The notes below the pieces were generated by a model. That model was not told the DNA's origin. It saw only the letters and a list, made by a program, of their open reading frames with translations, and did no database searches. The position numbers and the translations under genes are program-made. Shown here piece by piece: positions 17,868 to 28,245 of a DNA stretch of 64,000 nucleotides. The stretch comes from Candidatus Woykebacteria bacterium (lineage in GTDB: Bacteria > Patescibacteriota > Microgenomatia > Woykebacterales > RBG-16-39-9b): contig JBBDPM010000001.1 of NCBI GenBank assembly GCA_040876345.1, positions 192,314 through 256,313 of the forward strand, read 5' to 3'. The first letter of the stretch is position 1. Every line of letters starts with the position of its first letter.

Positions 17868-18480
17868 TTCCCCTTACAATGGAAAAGTTAAGGTAGTAAA
17901 ATCAAGCCGAGGAGTCCGGTTAGTTGCGCAAGGTTATGTGCAATCCTGTACTTTAGACAAAAATGGAAATGCCGGGTTTTACTGGGACTCTTTTACTCAA
18001 GATCTTCCGCCCCTTTCAAAGAATTCAAAAATATTAATACTTGGTTTAGCGGCCGGCACGAGTGCAAAAGTATTCACTAATAAATTTGGACCCATTACTA
18101 TCCACGGGGTTGAAATAGACCCTTTAATTGTCGAGATTGGTAAGAAATATTTCTATCTAACCGAGCCAAATCTAAAAGTCTTTATAGAGAACGCCCAAGA
18201 GTTTGTTAAGAATTTTAAGACTAAGTATGATGTAATTTGTGTTGATCTTTTTCATGGATACAAGTCACCTAAGTTTCTGCTTGAGTCAGAATTTTTGGAC
18301 AATGTTAAAAAAGGTTTAACTAAAAATGGAGTAATCATAATAAATAAAATTTGTAACGATCATCAGGAAGATGTGGACTTTGTGGAATCAGTTGGAAAAG
18401 TATTCCCAGTCAACCAAATTCTGAGGAGTCGCGGAGATATTTATCAACAAAACGTTCTTTTTTACGGAAGCAGACAGTAG
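17833..18480 (+). CDS. spermidine-synthase-like (aminopropyltransferase-fold) protein
   Basis: VEIDPLIVEIGKKYF and DVICVDLF motifs of the SpeE family. Confidence 0.5.
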   Translation: MIFLEKTLWEGSSPYNGKVKVVKSSRGVRLVAQGYVQSCTLDKNGNAGFYWDSFTQDLPPLSKNSKILILGLAAGTSAKVFTNKFGPITIHGVEIDPLIVEIGKKYFYLTEPNLKVFIENAQEFVKNFKTKYDVICVDLFHGYKSPKFLLESEFLDNVKKGLTKNGVIIINKICNDHQEDVDFVESVGKVFPVNQILRSRGDIYQQNVLFYGSRQ

Positions 18481-18483
18481 AGT

Positions 18484-19302
18484 ATGGAAATTTTTCAAGC
18501 GGCAGTTTTAGGAATAGTTCAAGGTTTAACCGAGTTTTTACCAATTTCATCTTCGGGGCATCTTATTTTAGTGCCGGCCGTTTTTGGTTGGAGTGATTTT
18601 TCTAACAACCTAACATTTGATGTAGCCCTTCATGTGGGTACTACTTTTGCGGTCGTTTTATTTTTTTGGAAAGATTGGCTTCAAATGGTGGGATCATTCG
18701 TCAAAAACCTACCCTATCCAAACAAAGTATTAGCTGATTTTAATTCTAAATTCTTCTTAATGATTTTGGTTGGATCTATCCCTGCTGCTATCGTTGGTCT
18801 TAATTTTCAAGATTTAATTGAGGAGAAAATTAGGAGCTCCCAAATTGTTGCAATAATGCTCATTAGTTTTGCTCTTTTGCTTTTTGCGGCCGACAGGGTC
18901 GGTGCTAAGAAAAGAACTCTGGATAATCTTGGTTTTCTTGACTCGGTAGTTGTCGGGATAGCCCAAGCTGTTTCTCTAATTCCAGGGGTTTCTCGCTCTG
19001 GTATTACTATTACGGCTGGACTTTTCAGAGGAATTAACAGGGAAAGTGCTACCAGATTTTCGTTTCTTCTCTCAACCCCTGCGATAGCCGGAGCTGCCGC
19101 TTTGAGATTTAAGGATTTTCTCGAGGTTGGAGTTGCTAATCAAGGCGCTGGAGTATTTTTAGTGGGTTTTCTGACTTCAGCAGTTACCGGCTGGATTGCA
19201 ATTAAGTTTCTATTAAAATATATTGCAAATAATAATTACAATATTTTTGTTTGGTATAGACTAATTGTAGGGATAGGTATTTTGATTTGGTTTTTTCGAT
19301 AA
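18484..19302 (+). CDS. uppP: undecaprenyl-diphosphatase
   Basis: MEIFQAAVLGIVQGLTEFLPISSSGHLIL and PGVSRSGITI signature motifs of BacA/UppP. Confidence 0.85.
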   Translation: MEIFQAAVLGIVQGLTEFLPISSSGHLILVPAVFGWSDFSNNLTFDVALHVGTTFAVVLFFWKDWLQMVGSFVKNLPYPNKVLADFNSKFFLMILVGSIPAAIVGLNFQDLIEEKIRSSQIVAIMLISFALLLFAADRVGAKKRTLDNLGFLDSVVVGIAQAVSLIPGVSRSGITITAGLFRGINRESATRFSFLLSTPAIAGAAALRFKDFLEVGVANQGAGVFLVGFLTSAVTGWIAIKFLLKYIANNNYNIFVWYRLIVGIGILIWFFR

Positions 19303-19304
19303 TC

Positions 19305-19583
19305 CTACGTCTCGTATCTAATTTCCTTATGTTTTATCTTCCGTTCCAGAGCCCAATTCAGAGTATTTACCACAGTGGCACCAATCCTCAGTCCAGTAAA
19401 AGATCCCGGTCCAGGGTTAAAGTCGATATCTTCTAGATCTTCAAGTTTAATTTTTTGCTTTCGCAGCAGCTTGTCGATTGATTCAAGAGGAGAATCGGTA
19501 GTAGCCGAATCAATGGTCTTATCATTATTAATAAACTTGGCTTCAGCCTTTTTTCCAACTGATGTATCTAAAAATAGTCTCAT
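19305..19583 (-). CDS. tsaB: TsaB/YeaZ N-terminal domain protein (short form)
   Basis: GPGSFTGLRIG motif of TsaB. Only 92 aa (minimal form). Confidence 0.5.
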   Translation of the reverse strand: MRLFLDTSVGKKAEAKFINNDKTIDSATTDSPLESIDKLLRKQKIKLEDLEDIDFNPGPGSFTGLRIGATVVNTLNWALERKIKHKEIRYET

Positions 19584-19588
19584 TAACC

Positions 19589-20887
19589 TTACTTCCTTTT
19601 TGCTTTATGTTCGCTTGCAACTGGTAAACTAAACGTGAAAGTTGAGCCTTTACCTTCTTCGCTGTTGATCCAAATTTTACCACCCATTATCTCAACGTAA
19701 TTTTTAGTAATGTAAAGTCCAAGACCGCTTCCTGTGCTTTGAGCAATCGTTGAATAGTTTTTCGCAATTCTACCAAATTTTGTAAATAGCTTTGAAAGAT
19801 CCTCCTTTGATATCCCAATACCAGTGTCTGTTACTGAAGTCTCCACGAAGCCACCCTGCTTTGCAAACGAAACAGTTATCGTACCTCCCTTTGGAGTGAA
19901 TTTCAACGCGTTACCAACTAAATTTACAAGTATCTCGTTTAGCTTCATTGGGTCTGAAGCTACCATAGGGACGTGCTCGTCCTTTTTAATTTTTAGCTCA
20001 ATTTCCTGTTCGGTGGCTCTAGGAGCAAGTGTGTCGGCTACTTCTTGGGCCACTTTGAGGGGTGAGATAGGTTGAGTTTCTACTTGGATCCGCCCAGTTT
20101 CAATATGTGAGACATCTAGCACATCATTTATTAACCCAATTAGGCGCTCGGAGGATTCATAAACCTTGGTGAGGTAATTTTTCATTTGGTCATTAAGCTT
20201 TCCTGCCCTTCCGTTTAGAGCAAGCCAAACATAACTTTTTATCGCGGTCATTGGAGTGCGTAGTTCATGGGAAACGATTGAGACGAATTCATCTTTGGCT
20301 TTGTCGAGGTCATGCAATTGGGCGTTCATTTTATAGACTTCCTGGGTAATTTCGGTTAAAGAAGCCTGAGTATCCTGCAAGCGAAAGCAAAATCCAACCA
20401 GGTTTGTAAAAATCTCGATTAGTTCTTTTGTTTCCTCATCAACGCTAGGTTTACCTGTTGCGAGTGTAATTACACCAGTTAGCTTATTGGCTACGAACAC
20501 TGGGGAGAAAATGCCGATACCACCATCTTGAATATTTTGGTTTGTGTATCCAAAAAAGGCTTCTACCTCAGGAAAAGTAGCTAGTTTGTTGGCCAAAAGA
20601 TCAGTTTTAATCGCACTTCCGTCTTTGAGCATAGCATCTACTTTGTGAACTATTTTTGAGCTGATTTTATCAGGGGAGTTCCCACCCTGATCAGTATAAA
20701 AAGTTTTGTAAACCGCCCCATTTTGATCTAGAAAAACGACACTAATAAAATAGAAATCGAGACCTGCCCCCGAAAATTCGGTAAGAGAGCGGGCAAGCAA
20801 GTTGTCCACTAGTGATTTGTTGTCTTCATTATCAAGAACGACTTGCTGAAGCTTTAGGAAAATTGCTGACTTTTCATTATCAGTCAT
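19589..20887 (-). CDS. sensor histidine kinase with N-terminal GAF-like domain
   Basis: H-box HELRTPMTAIKSY. HATPase_c G1/G2 boxes (GNALKF, GSGLGLYI). No cognate response regulator in window. Confidence 0.75.
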   Translation of the reverse strand: MTDNEKSAIFLKLQQVVLDNEDNKSLVDNLLARSLTEFSGAGLDFYFISVVFLDQNGAVYKTFYTDQGGNSPDKISSKIVHKVDAMLKDGSAIKTDLLANKLATFPEVEAFFGYTNQNIQDGGIGIFSPVFVANKLTGVITLATGKPSVDEETKELIEIFTNLVGFCFRLQDTQASLTEITQEVYKMNAQLHDLDKAKDEFVSIVSHELRTPMTAIKSYVWLALNGRAGKLNDQMKNYLTKVYESSERLIGLINDVLDVSHIETGRIQVETQPISPLKVAQEVADTLAPRATEQEIELKIKKDEHVPMVASDPMKLNEILVNLVGNALKFTPKGGTITVSFAKQGGFVETSVTDTGIGISKEDLSKLFTKFGRIAKNYSTIAQSTGSGLGLYITKNYVEIMGGKIWINSEEGKGSTFTFSLPVASEHKAKRK

Positions 20888-20916
20888 AAAGGCATCGTTA
20901 CCTTACTTTGATTATA

Positions 20917-21195
20917 CTAGGATTTTAGAATATCCGGAAGTTCACCAGAAGGTATTTGATTAATAAGAGGGGCGATTGCTTCTTTGCAGACTTCTACCGA
21001 GGCTCTACCGAAGAATTTTTCATACTGTTCAACTAAGTGTTCGAGGACTTCTTTGCCGTTGCCTTGAATGTTGACATCATCTGTGCTAGTAGCTGCTAAA
21101 CCAGCGACTTTTTTAGCTTGATCCATAGCAAGGGGTCCAATTATGCCTTGTTGTTCTTTAATTATTCTGGCAGCAAGTTGGGCATGAATATCCAT
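20917..21195 (-). CDS. hypothetical protein
   Basis: 92-aa ORF immediately upstream of the kinase; no recognisable motif. Confidence 0.3.
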   Translation of the reverse strand: MDIHAQLAARIIKEQQGIIGPLAMDQAKKVAGLAATSTDDVNIQGNGKEVLEHLVEQYEKFFGRASVEVCKEAIAPLINQIPSGELPDILKS

Positions 21196-21225
21196 TATGT
21201 TCTAATCCTAAAGCATAGTAATTAG

Positions 21226-22053
21226 TTAATTATCGGTTACTATCCTTTGATAAGTGTGCCCCAAGACAATAAGGCTCAAAGCCATTAAGAAGTAGGACAC
21301 TAAGTACATATAATCTACAGCCCCTCCAGGTACATAAGTACCTCGGCTTGATTGGTAAAGAAAGGTGAAATCGGACGAGTATTGGACAACTAACGCGATA
21401 AGAAAAAGTAAAGTGGGCGTTCTTAACATTCCTCCAAGAATCTTACGGGATAGAATGAAGATTAAAACTGCGATAGAAACATATAGAGCCTGACCTAAAG
21501 GATAGCCAAAGTCCAGGAAAGTTTTAATTGGTAGCGACCAGTCAAACTGATACTCCCGAAGGAAAACATAATAAGAAATAGCCAGCATTAGTAGCGGTAA
21601 TATAAGAGCTGATACCTGCTTAGAGTAAGACTTTAAAGAAACGTTAGCTCTACTTGCTTGGCCTAAAAGAACCACCCCGTAAATATAAAACGGAATACTC
21701 CCGAAAAAACCAACGTCACCAAGAGAAGGGTATAAAACTTCTGCCCCTTTATAGAAGTAATAACTGTAAACACTCTGGCCAAATACTTGGGCAAGCAGGC
21801 CACAAGAAAAGGCTAAACTGGCTCTACCGATCACACTTTTAAACCCACCCCAGTGCCTCGAATAATATATCCCACAAATTGCTCCCCAAAGAGCAACTAT
21901 TTGATAGGTTGTTCCCCAGACCAGGGATCGTTCATTGATATCACCAGCGAAAGGTAGGAATAAAATCACAACTCTCCACGCGGTTAAAATGACAAAAAGG
22001 GATATTAGGGTTATGAGTAACCTGTTTTTAATTATACCAGTCACCTCATTCAT
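21226..22053 (-). CDS. hypothetical polytopic membrane protein
   Basis: 275 aa, about 8 TM helices. Confidence 0.4.
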   Translation of the reverse strand: MNEVTGIIKNRLLITLISLFVILTAWRVVILFLPFAGDINERSLVWGTTYQIVALWGAICGIYYSRHWGGFKSVIGRASLAFSCGLLAQVFGQSVYSYYFYKGAEVLYPSLGDVGFFGSIPFYIYGVVLLGQASRANVSLKSYSKQVSALILPLLMLAISYYVFLREYQFDWSLPIKTFLDFGYPLGQALYVSIAVLIFILSRKILGGMLRTPTLLFLIALVVQYSSDFTFLYQSSRGTYVPGGAVDYMYLVSYFLMALSLIVLGHTYQRIVTDN

Positions 22054-22102
22054 TTCCTAAATAAATTATACAAGCGTAAACAAATAAATTCAACAGTTTC
22101 TA

Positions 22103-23014
22103 TTATACTGAAATTAAAATGTATTTTTTCAAGTTAATATGTAAGTCGTAACTATTTTTCCATTTTCTTAAATTGGGCAATCCAAGATCTTGTTCTATGT
22201 TTATAAACTCGCAACCCTTTTCTGATAAAATACGCGCATTCTCTTGCATCAAATATGCATAAAGTCCAGTTGAAATTTCAGGGTTAACTTTCCAAAAGTG
22301 ACTAGTAGCAAAACCGTCATTAAGAACTTCACTAAAGCAAAAGCCTGCGAGTTTATTATCTATATATATTCCAATAGGTATGAATTTTATTTTTTTGGAT
22401 TTATCGATTAGCCTTCTCATAGCTAACAACTCATTGCTAGTTTCTTCTAACTCGGTTAGCTGTTGGTCCTTATGCTTTGACCATTTTTTGAATACTACTT
22501 CAATTTCTTTTCTTTGATTTGAGTCTGAAAGGTCAATTATTCTCGTCTCGCAACTGTGCCTTTCGAGGAGCTGCCTCACGGATTTTTTCCTTGATCTAGT
22601 TTTTTGAGTGTTGTATAGCCTTAGTGGATGGATTAACAAGACATAATCAAAGTTATTTTTATCTTCAAGTATAATGAATTTGTCTTTATCAATACCCTCG
22701 ACTGAAATTTCCGGTAGTAGTTTTAATTCTGATCTAAAACCTTCCGACTTTGCAAGTTTGACCAAGTCATAAGCAGTCTCATTTACATTATTCGTACCGA
22801 TAAAGGAATAAAAAGGTTCGCTAGTAACGTAGTCGGTGAAACGCACTAACAGATTACCATTCAACTCACAAATTCTTATCTCACCCTTAGTGTCCCAAGA
22901 CCACATGCTTATAAAGTTGAAGTCCGAATAAGGTGGGTATTTGCGGGTAATATGTTCAATCTCAGCTTTGTCGGCTAACTCAAGTTTTTTAAAATGTGGG
23001 AATTTGGGGATCAT
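22103..23014 (-). CDS. DUF2156 protein (MprF C-terminal aminoacyl-phosphatidylglycerol-synthase-like domain)
   Basis: N-terminal YPPYSDFNFISMWSW and overall length resemble standalone LPG-synthase-C/FemAB-like acyltransferase-fold proteins. Confidence 0.45.
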   Translation of the reverse strand: MIPKFPHFKKLELADKAEIEHITRKYPPYSDFNFISMWSWDTKGEIRICELNGNLLVRFTDYVTSEPFYSFIGTNNVNETAYDLVKLAKSEGFRSELKLLPEISVEGIDKDKFIILEDKNNFDYVLLIHPLRLYNTQKTRSRKKSVRQLLERHSCETRIIDLSDSNQRKEIEVVFKKWSKHKDQQLTELEETSNELLAMRRLIDKSKKIKFIPIGIYIDNKLAGFCFSEVLNDGFATSHFWKVNPEISTGLYAYLMQENARILSEKGCEFINIEQDLGLPNLRKWKNSYDLHINLKKYILISV

Positions 23015-23124
23015 GGATATTAATTTACTAGAATTTTAACATAGGAAATTGCTTATAGTCGAATATATCTTGCAAATGTATAATAAGCTCCTAGTAACTT
23101 ACTTTATCGAAATTTGACCAATCT

Positions 23125-24036
23125 ATGAACTGGTTTTTGATTGCTTTACTTTCCCCAGCCCTGCACGGTCTTACCAACCACATTGATAAATACTTGTTAA
23201 GTAAGTATTTCAAGGGTAGCGATAGTGCAGCGCTACTAATATTTTCTTCTATCTTTGGAGTTTTTATCCTGCCGCTCATAATTTTAATTGAGCCTGATGT
23301 TTTTAACATAGAAGCCAGTCATACATTTTTACTACTTGTTGGGGGTGTTATGTATACAGTGTGTCTTATTCCTTATTTTTACGCTTTGAGTAAAGATGAG
23401 GCTTCGGTGGTAGTGCCATTATTCCAAACAGTACCAATTTTTGGGTATATTCTTGCTTTTTTGGTGTTAGGTGAGACTTTGACACGTGAGCAAATTTTAG
23501 CATCTTTTTTGATCATCTTAGGAGCAATAACCTTATCACTTAATCTTGATGAGAGAAGACCAAAACTTAAAAAAACAATTTTCTTTTCTATGCTTATTTC
23601 ATCACTCCTTGCTGCATTTGGCGGTTTAATTTTTAAATTTGTTGCCATCGAAGAGGGCTTCTGGACATCTAGCTTCTGGATTTATATCGGTTATGCAATT
23701 GTTGGATTGTTTTTACTAATATTTACCAAAGTTTACAGGTTAAAATTTTTGAAACTGATCAGAACTAACAAAATCTCAATACTTGCCGTCAACTCACTAA
23801 ATGAAACCCTTTTCATTATTGGGGCTTTGGGGCTAGCTTTTGCTTCGTTACTAGCACCACTTGCTCTTGTTTTGACAGTAGATGGATTACAACCCCTCTT
23901 CGTTTTTACCTACGGTGTAATTATTACCTTATTTTTCCCAAACTTGGGGAAAGAAAGCTTGGTGAGAAAGAATCTAATTCAAAAAACGATCGCCCTCTCT
24001 GCGATACTTCTAGGCGCCTACTTGTTAAATACTTGA
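23125..24036 (+). CDS. EamA/DMT-family transporter
   Basis: 303 aa, 10 TM helices in two EamA repeats. Confidence 0.7.
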   Translation: MNWFLIALLSPALHGLTNHIDKYLLSKYFKGSDSAALLIFSSIFGVFILPLIILIEPDVFNIEASHTFLLLVGGVMYTVCLIPYFYALSKDEASVVVPLFQTVPIFGYILAFLVLGETLTREQILASFLIILGAITLSLNLDERRPKLKKTIFFSMLISSLLAAFGGLIFKFVAIEEGFWTSSFWIYIGYAIVGLFLLIFTKVYRLKFLKLIRTNKISILAVNSLNETLFIIGALGLAFASLLAPLALVLTVDGLQPLFVFTYGVIITLFFPNLGKESLVRKNLIQKTIALSAILLGAYLLNT

Positions 24037-24063
24037 GCTGTCTAGATAACCTTTCAGAGTAAC

Positions 24064-24561
24064 TTAAATCCAGTCCTGGGATTGATAGACTGCAGCGACT
24101 AAGACGCAAGTGGGTCTGTTTTTTACCTCTGCGGAAGTAATCAAAGTTTGGTAATTCTTTTTTCTGAAAGGATAATTTCTATTTGCACAAAGATCTCGCA
24201 CAGTTGCCCTAAGCTTTTTAGCCACATTTCTTTCGGCTTCTTTTGCATTCAAGTTTTCGATTATGTCATGCTGTTCGGCGAAAACACCCCGGCCGTCTTC
24301 TGACTGGTACCAACCTATACCAGCAGCAATAGAACGACCAAGTTGATCAGTTCTAATCTCGGCAAGTACAGTGTAAAGCTTTTTCCCATGTTCTGTTGGA
24401 GAATTTTTCCACTTTTCGATAACCACCTCACTACCCGGAGGTATAACCGAGGAAAGTTTAATTATATTGTAGTTGTGGATTCCTGCAGGTTTTAAGGCTG
24501 CATCAAACGCAGAGAGAGTGGTGTTGCCAGCCCCACTCCCTGCTGTCACAGTTATTCTCAT
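24064..24561 (-). CDS. pdaD: pyruvoyl-dependent arginine decarboxylase
   Basis: MRITVTAGSGAGNTTLSAFDAALKPAGIHNYNIIKLSSVIPP, including the self-cleavage Ser-Ser site (LSSVIP). 165 aa. Confidence 0.75.
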   Translation of the reverse strand: MRITVTAGSGAGNTTLSAFDAALKPAGIHNYNIIKLSSVIPPGSEVVIEKWKNSPTEHGKKLYTVLAEIRTDQLGRSIAAGIGWYQSEDGRGVFAEQHDIIENLNAKEAERNVAKKLRATVRDLCANRNYPFRKKNYQTLITSAEVKNRPTCVLVAAVYQSQDWI

Positions 24562-24652
24562 AAATCTTAATTTATATCACATTAAAGTGTGATATCTCTA
24601 CGATTATATTATATCCTAGAGTATCAAGTAAGAGCAATTAAAATGGGTAGTT

Positions 24653-25378
24653 TTAAGAAATCACCGTTCCTTCAAACTTCTTTCCAGAAAGAAAATTTTC
24701 AAAGTTCCCCAAATTTTTCCCATCCATTACAACCACTCTTAGCTTTAATTTTTCGGCTTCTTTAGCGGCGATTGGGTCAAAGGGGTGATTGGCACCTGGA
24801 TCCCAGGTGTCTCCGACGAGTTTTCTGAAGCTCGCCCAGCTGATTTCCTGAAGAGGTTTAGCACCCTCATTTTTATTTGGATCCGAATCATAAACGTAGG
24901 GTATATTGGATAGATTGATTACAGTATCGGCTTCGTAAAGTTTTGCCTGGCGCACAGCGTCAAAATCAGTGGAATGGCCTGGTTTCCAACCAGCCGCAAT
25001 TAAAAGAGGCTCGTCGAACTCTTCTTTTTCGGTGTAGTGGGTAACTACTTTTAAGTGGGCGTAGTCTCGGAAAATAGTTCTAAGGAGATGAGCGTTGAGG
25101 TGGGTGACATGAACTCCAATCCAATCTACATCTTCTGGGTTCAGCGGACCCACGTCTTGAGCTGCCTTTTGGTAGTGTCGACAAATTGCCCCGCCACCAG
25201 CAACTATAATGAAGCGTTTACCTTCTTCTATTTTCGATATAATGCTTGCTCGAAAACGTTTTAAAAAAAGGTGGTCAACGCCACCATTTGGGATAATTAA
25301 AGATCCGCCGAGAGATATTACAATTGGAGTTGTGTACATCCAAGAAGATATTATATAACAAAGCCCAAATATTTGCAT
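24653..25378 (-). CDS. pyrH: UMP kinase, archaeal type (amino-acid kinase family)
   Basis: IVISLGGS, IVAGGGAICRHY, IGVHVTHLNAHLL and KPGHSTDFDA blocks align with archaeal UMPK. Isopentenyl-phosphate kinase not fully excluded. Confidence 0.6.
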   Translation of the reverse strand: MQIFGLCYIISSWMYTTPIVISLGGSLIIPNGGVDHLFLKRFRASIISKIEEGKRFIIVAGGGAICRHYQKAAQDVGPLNPEDVDWIGVHVTHLNAHLLRTIFRDYAHLKVVTHYTEKEEFDEPLLIAAGWKPGHSTDFDAVRQAKLYEADTVINLSNIPYVYDSDPNKNEGAKPLQEISWASFRKLVGDTWDPGANHPFDPIAAKEAEKLKLRVVVMDGKNLGNFENFLSGKKFEGTVIS

Positions 25379-25417
25379 TCTTAGGAAATTTTAGATAACA
25401 TACTGATTCGCGCTATT

Positions 25418-26548
25418 ATGCAAGAAATACCACAAATCGCCCCGTATAGTTCGGATCTAGTCTTTAGAGAAGAATCTCTTGGAGAGGAGGCTGAAAAACT
25501 TCTTTCTTGGTTTAAAAAAGAAATTGACCACCACATCTTAATTTTCCTTAAAGAAAAAGAAGGGCAAGCAAATGAAATCTCAAAGGAAGCAGCCGATCTT
25601 GTAAAAGAGGTCGAAAGGTTTATTTTGCAGGGTGGAAAAAGAGTGCGTCCGGCCTTTCTTTATTCTGGTTATATAGCCAGTGGTGGTATGGCGCATGATG
25701 CTGCCCTTTACGCTTCAATGTGTGTTGAGTTTTTACACACCTTTGCCCTGATGCATGATGACATTATTGATCGCTCAAACACAAGACGAGGAGCCCTGAC
25801 AACTCACAAGAGCTTTGAAGGACTTTTTAGCAAAAGGAGGCTTCTTGGTAACAAAGTGCAGTTTGGTCTTTCAGCAGCAATTTTAGCCGGCGACCTCTCT
25901 TACAGTTTTGCTGAGGAAATATTAAGTACGGCGCCTTTCCCCCAGGAGAGAATTAAAAGAGCGCGCCATGTTTTTGATCAAATGAAATTTCAGGTTATAT
26001 CAGGAGAGTATCTCGACGTTTTGGGTGGCTATAGGAGAAGTCTTTCAGAGGAGGAGATACTAAACATTCTTGAGTACAAGACAGCAAAGTACACAGTTGA
26101 GCGCCCGCTTCATTTAGGGGCAACTCTTGCAGGCGCGGAAGTTCATATATTAGAGACCTTTACCGCCTACGCTATTCCTTTAGGTCAAGCATTTCAACTC
26201 CAAGATGACATTTTTGGGGTTTTCGGTGATAAAGAAAAGATGGGTAAGCCAATTGATTCTGATATTCGAGAAGGTAAAAAAACAGTTTTGATTGCAAAGG
26301 CTTATGAGTGGGCAAGACCAGATCAAAAAAAAGTTTTGAAAAAATTGGTCGGTGCTTCCCACGCAAATAAAGAGGAAATAAATGAAGTTAGAGATATCAT
26401 TTATAAGACGGGAGCCTACGATTACGCCGTATCCCTCTCCCACAGATTAATTGAGCAGGCGGTTAAAGCAGCCGAAAGTGCAAAATTAAATGAAAGAGGT
26501 AAGGAATATCTTTTGGCAGCTGCAGATTATTTATTGAACAGGGTATAG
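25418..26548 (+). CDS. polyprenyl diphosphate synthase (GGPP/FPP synthase family)
   Basis: First Asp-rich motif LMHDDIIDRS and second FQLQDDIFGVFGD. Confidence 0.8.
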   Translation: MQEIPQIAPYSSDLVFREESLGEEAEKLLSWFKKEIDHHILIFLKEKEGQANEISKEAADLVKEVERFILQGGKRVRPAFLYSGYIASGGMAHDAALYASMCVEFLHTFALMHDDIIDRSNTRRGALTTHKSFEGLFSKRRLLGNKVQFGLSAAILAGDLSYSFAEEILSTAPFPQERIKRARHVFDQMKFQVISGEYLDVLGGYRRSLSEEEILNILEYKTAKYTVERPLHLGATLAGAEVHILETFTAYAIPLGQAFQLQDDIFGVFGDKEKMGKPIDSDIREGKKTVLIAKAYEWARPDQKKVLKKLVGASHANKEEINEVRDIIYKTGAYDYAVSLSHRLIEQAVKAAESAKLNERGKEYLLAAADYLLNRV

Positions 26549-26570
26549 GGGCGAAGGTCGCGGAGGTCTT

Positions 26571-27053
26571 CTAAACAATTGTAATTTTGCGTTTGTTTTC
26601 TCCATTACTTTGTAGCCTTACTACGGTTATGTTCTTAGGGAGGAATTCCTCAATCTTCTCGGGCCATTCAATTGCAACTATTGCATTTTTGTCCTCCAAA
26701 ACTTCCTTAAGACCGATGGCCTCTATATCCTTCTTAGAATCTAATCTATAAAGATCCACATGGTAGAAGATAGCTTGCTGTTTTTCTAACTTGTACTGTC
26801 GTATGAACACAAAGGTTGGTGAAAGGACTCTTTTGGTAATTCCCAATCCTTTAGCCAAGCCTTGAATAAAAGTAGTTTTTCCAGCACCAAGGTCACCATA
26901 TAGAGCGATCACTTTTGGAAGGCTCAGTTTATGAGCAAAATCAAAGGCAATTCTTTTAGTTTGATCTGCAGATTCAGTTGTTATCGTTTTTGTCGCCATT
27001 ACTTGTGAAGATATTAGTAGATAGAGTCTGTAACAAAGGCAAGCTAAAAGCAA
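26571..27053 (-). CDS. tsaE: tRNA t6A biosynthesis ATPase TsaE
   Basis: Walker A GDLGAGKTTFIQG and LSPTFVFIRQY motif. Confidence 0.8.
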   Translation of the reverse strand: MLLACLCYRLYLLISSQVMATKTITTESADQTKRIAFDFAHKLSLPKVIALYGDLGAGKTTFIQGLAKGLGITKRVLSPTFVFIRQYKLEKQQAIFYHVDLYRLDSKKDIEAIGLKEVLEDKNAIVAIEWPEKIEEFLPKNITVVRLQSNGENKRKITIV

Positions 27054-27092
27054 TTACCGCCGATTTTATTAATAGGAACTTGGAGCCAATTG

Positions 27093-28244
27093 CTACTTGA
27101 TATGCCAATAGATGGACTTGAGGCCACCGCCATGGTCGATTATTACCCCTTTTCCTACGGTTCCAGTGAGCCAACATGGAGAAGAATCCGAAGCGGCATA
27201 AGCTATACCAGAGGAGGCTGCATAAATTGGGGCACCAAAACCGGCTGTCATATCAATGGCATTGTGACCGGGAAGACCGAAATTCTGAATATACCAATCA
27301 TAATTTGCGCCAAACTCCTGGGTGATTCGGAAACCTTTTAAAGGCCAAGAAAGACGTCCATTGTTTATATAAATCCTTGGATTTACGGCTACTCCATTAA
27401 CATATACACCAAAATGAAGATGAGTTCTCGTGGAACATCCAGTGTTGCCTTGGAAGGCGATTACCTCACCTTTTCTAACAGGTCCAAGTCTAACTGCCCC
27501 ACCACCCAGAGCGCGGGAGATGGACTCAAGCTCAATCTGTACTTGGGCGAGCAGGCGCTGGTAGTTTTCCTCCTGATTTTGAGTAACTCCAAGCAGATAT
27601 TGCTTACTATTGTTTTGGCTTACCAAGGAAGAGCGTTTGTTGCTAAGATCTTTTCTTAGCTTCTCTTCTTTGGCTTTTTTATCTTCTAGATTATCTTTTT
27701 GGTCAGCGAACAGCTCTTTAGTTTTTTTCAACTCTTCTAGCAGGGAAATGTCTTGAGCTCGTATAGCCTCTGTATAAACTTTTCTTACAAGATAATCGTT
27801 GAAACTGTTGCTTGATAAGAATTCTTCTGTGGGTTCAATGTAGCTTTGACGGTAGATGTCCCTTATACGAGTGCTTGCAACTTCTGTAGTGAAGTCCAAT
27901 TCCTCCTTGGTATTACTTAGTTTTTTTGAAACGTCGCCTATGTCTATCTTTAGTTGGTCAAGTCTATTTTCGGCTTCTTCTATCTCTAGTCTTGTCAGCT
28001 CTATTTGGTTTTCGAGATAACCTATTTGGTTTTTAAGGGTGTTTTCCTGATCCTGGGCAGAGGTGATCTTATCTCTTAATTCATCTTGCCTTTTGATGTT
28101 GTCGTTCAATCTTCGAACAAGATCACTGTAGCTAGCACCAGATTTTTCCAGGCTGCTACTACTTTTTACTTCAGCAACTGAAGCAAAAAGCGAAACTAAT
28201 ATGAAAATAGAAATTACAACAAAGCTAGAGATTTTTCTAAACAT
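27093..28244 (-). CDS. M23 family metallopeptidase with N-terminal coiled coil (EnvC-like)
   Basis: Signal/TM then long coiled coil. C-terminal HLHFGVYVNG M23 motif. Located downstream of ftsEX. Confidence 0.7.
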   Translation of the reverse strand: MFRKISSFVVISIFILVSLFASVAEVKSSSSLEKSGASYSDLVRRLNDNIKRQDELRDKITSAQDQENTLKNQIGYLENQIELTRLEIEEAENRLDQLKIDIGDVSKKLSNTKEELDFTTEVASTRIRDIYRQSYIEPTEEFLSSNSFNDYLVRKVYTEAIRAQDISLLEELKKTKELFADQKDNLEDKKAKEEKLRKDLSNKRSSLVSQNNSKQYLLGVTQNQEENYQRLLAQVQIELESISRALGGGAVRLGPVRKGEVIAFQGNTGCSTRTHLHFGVYVNGVAVNPRIYINNGRLSWPLKGFRITQEFGANYDWYIQNFGLPGHNAIDMTAGFGAPIYAASSGIAYAASDSSPCWLTGTVGKGVIIDHGGGLKSIYWHIK

Positions 28245-28245
28245 C

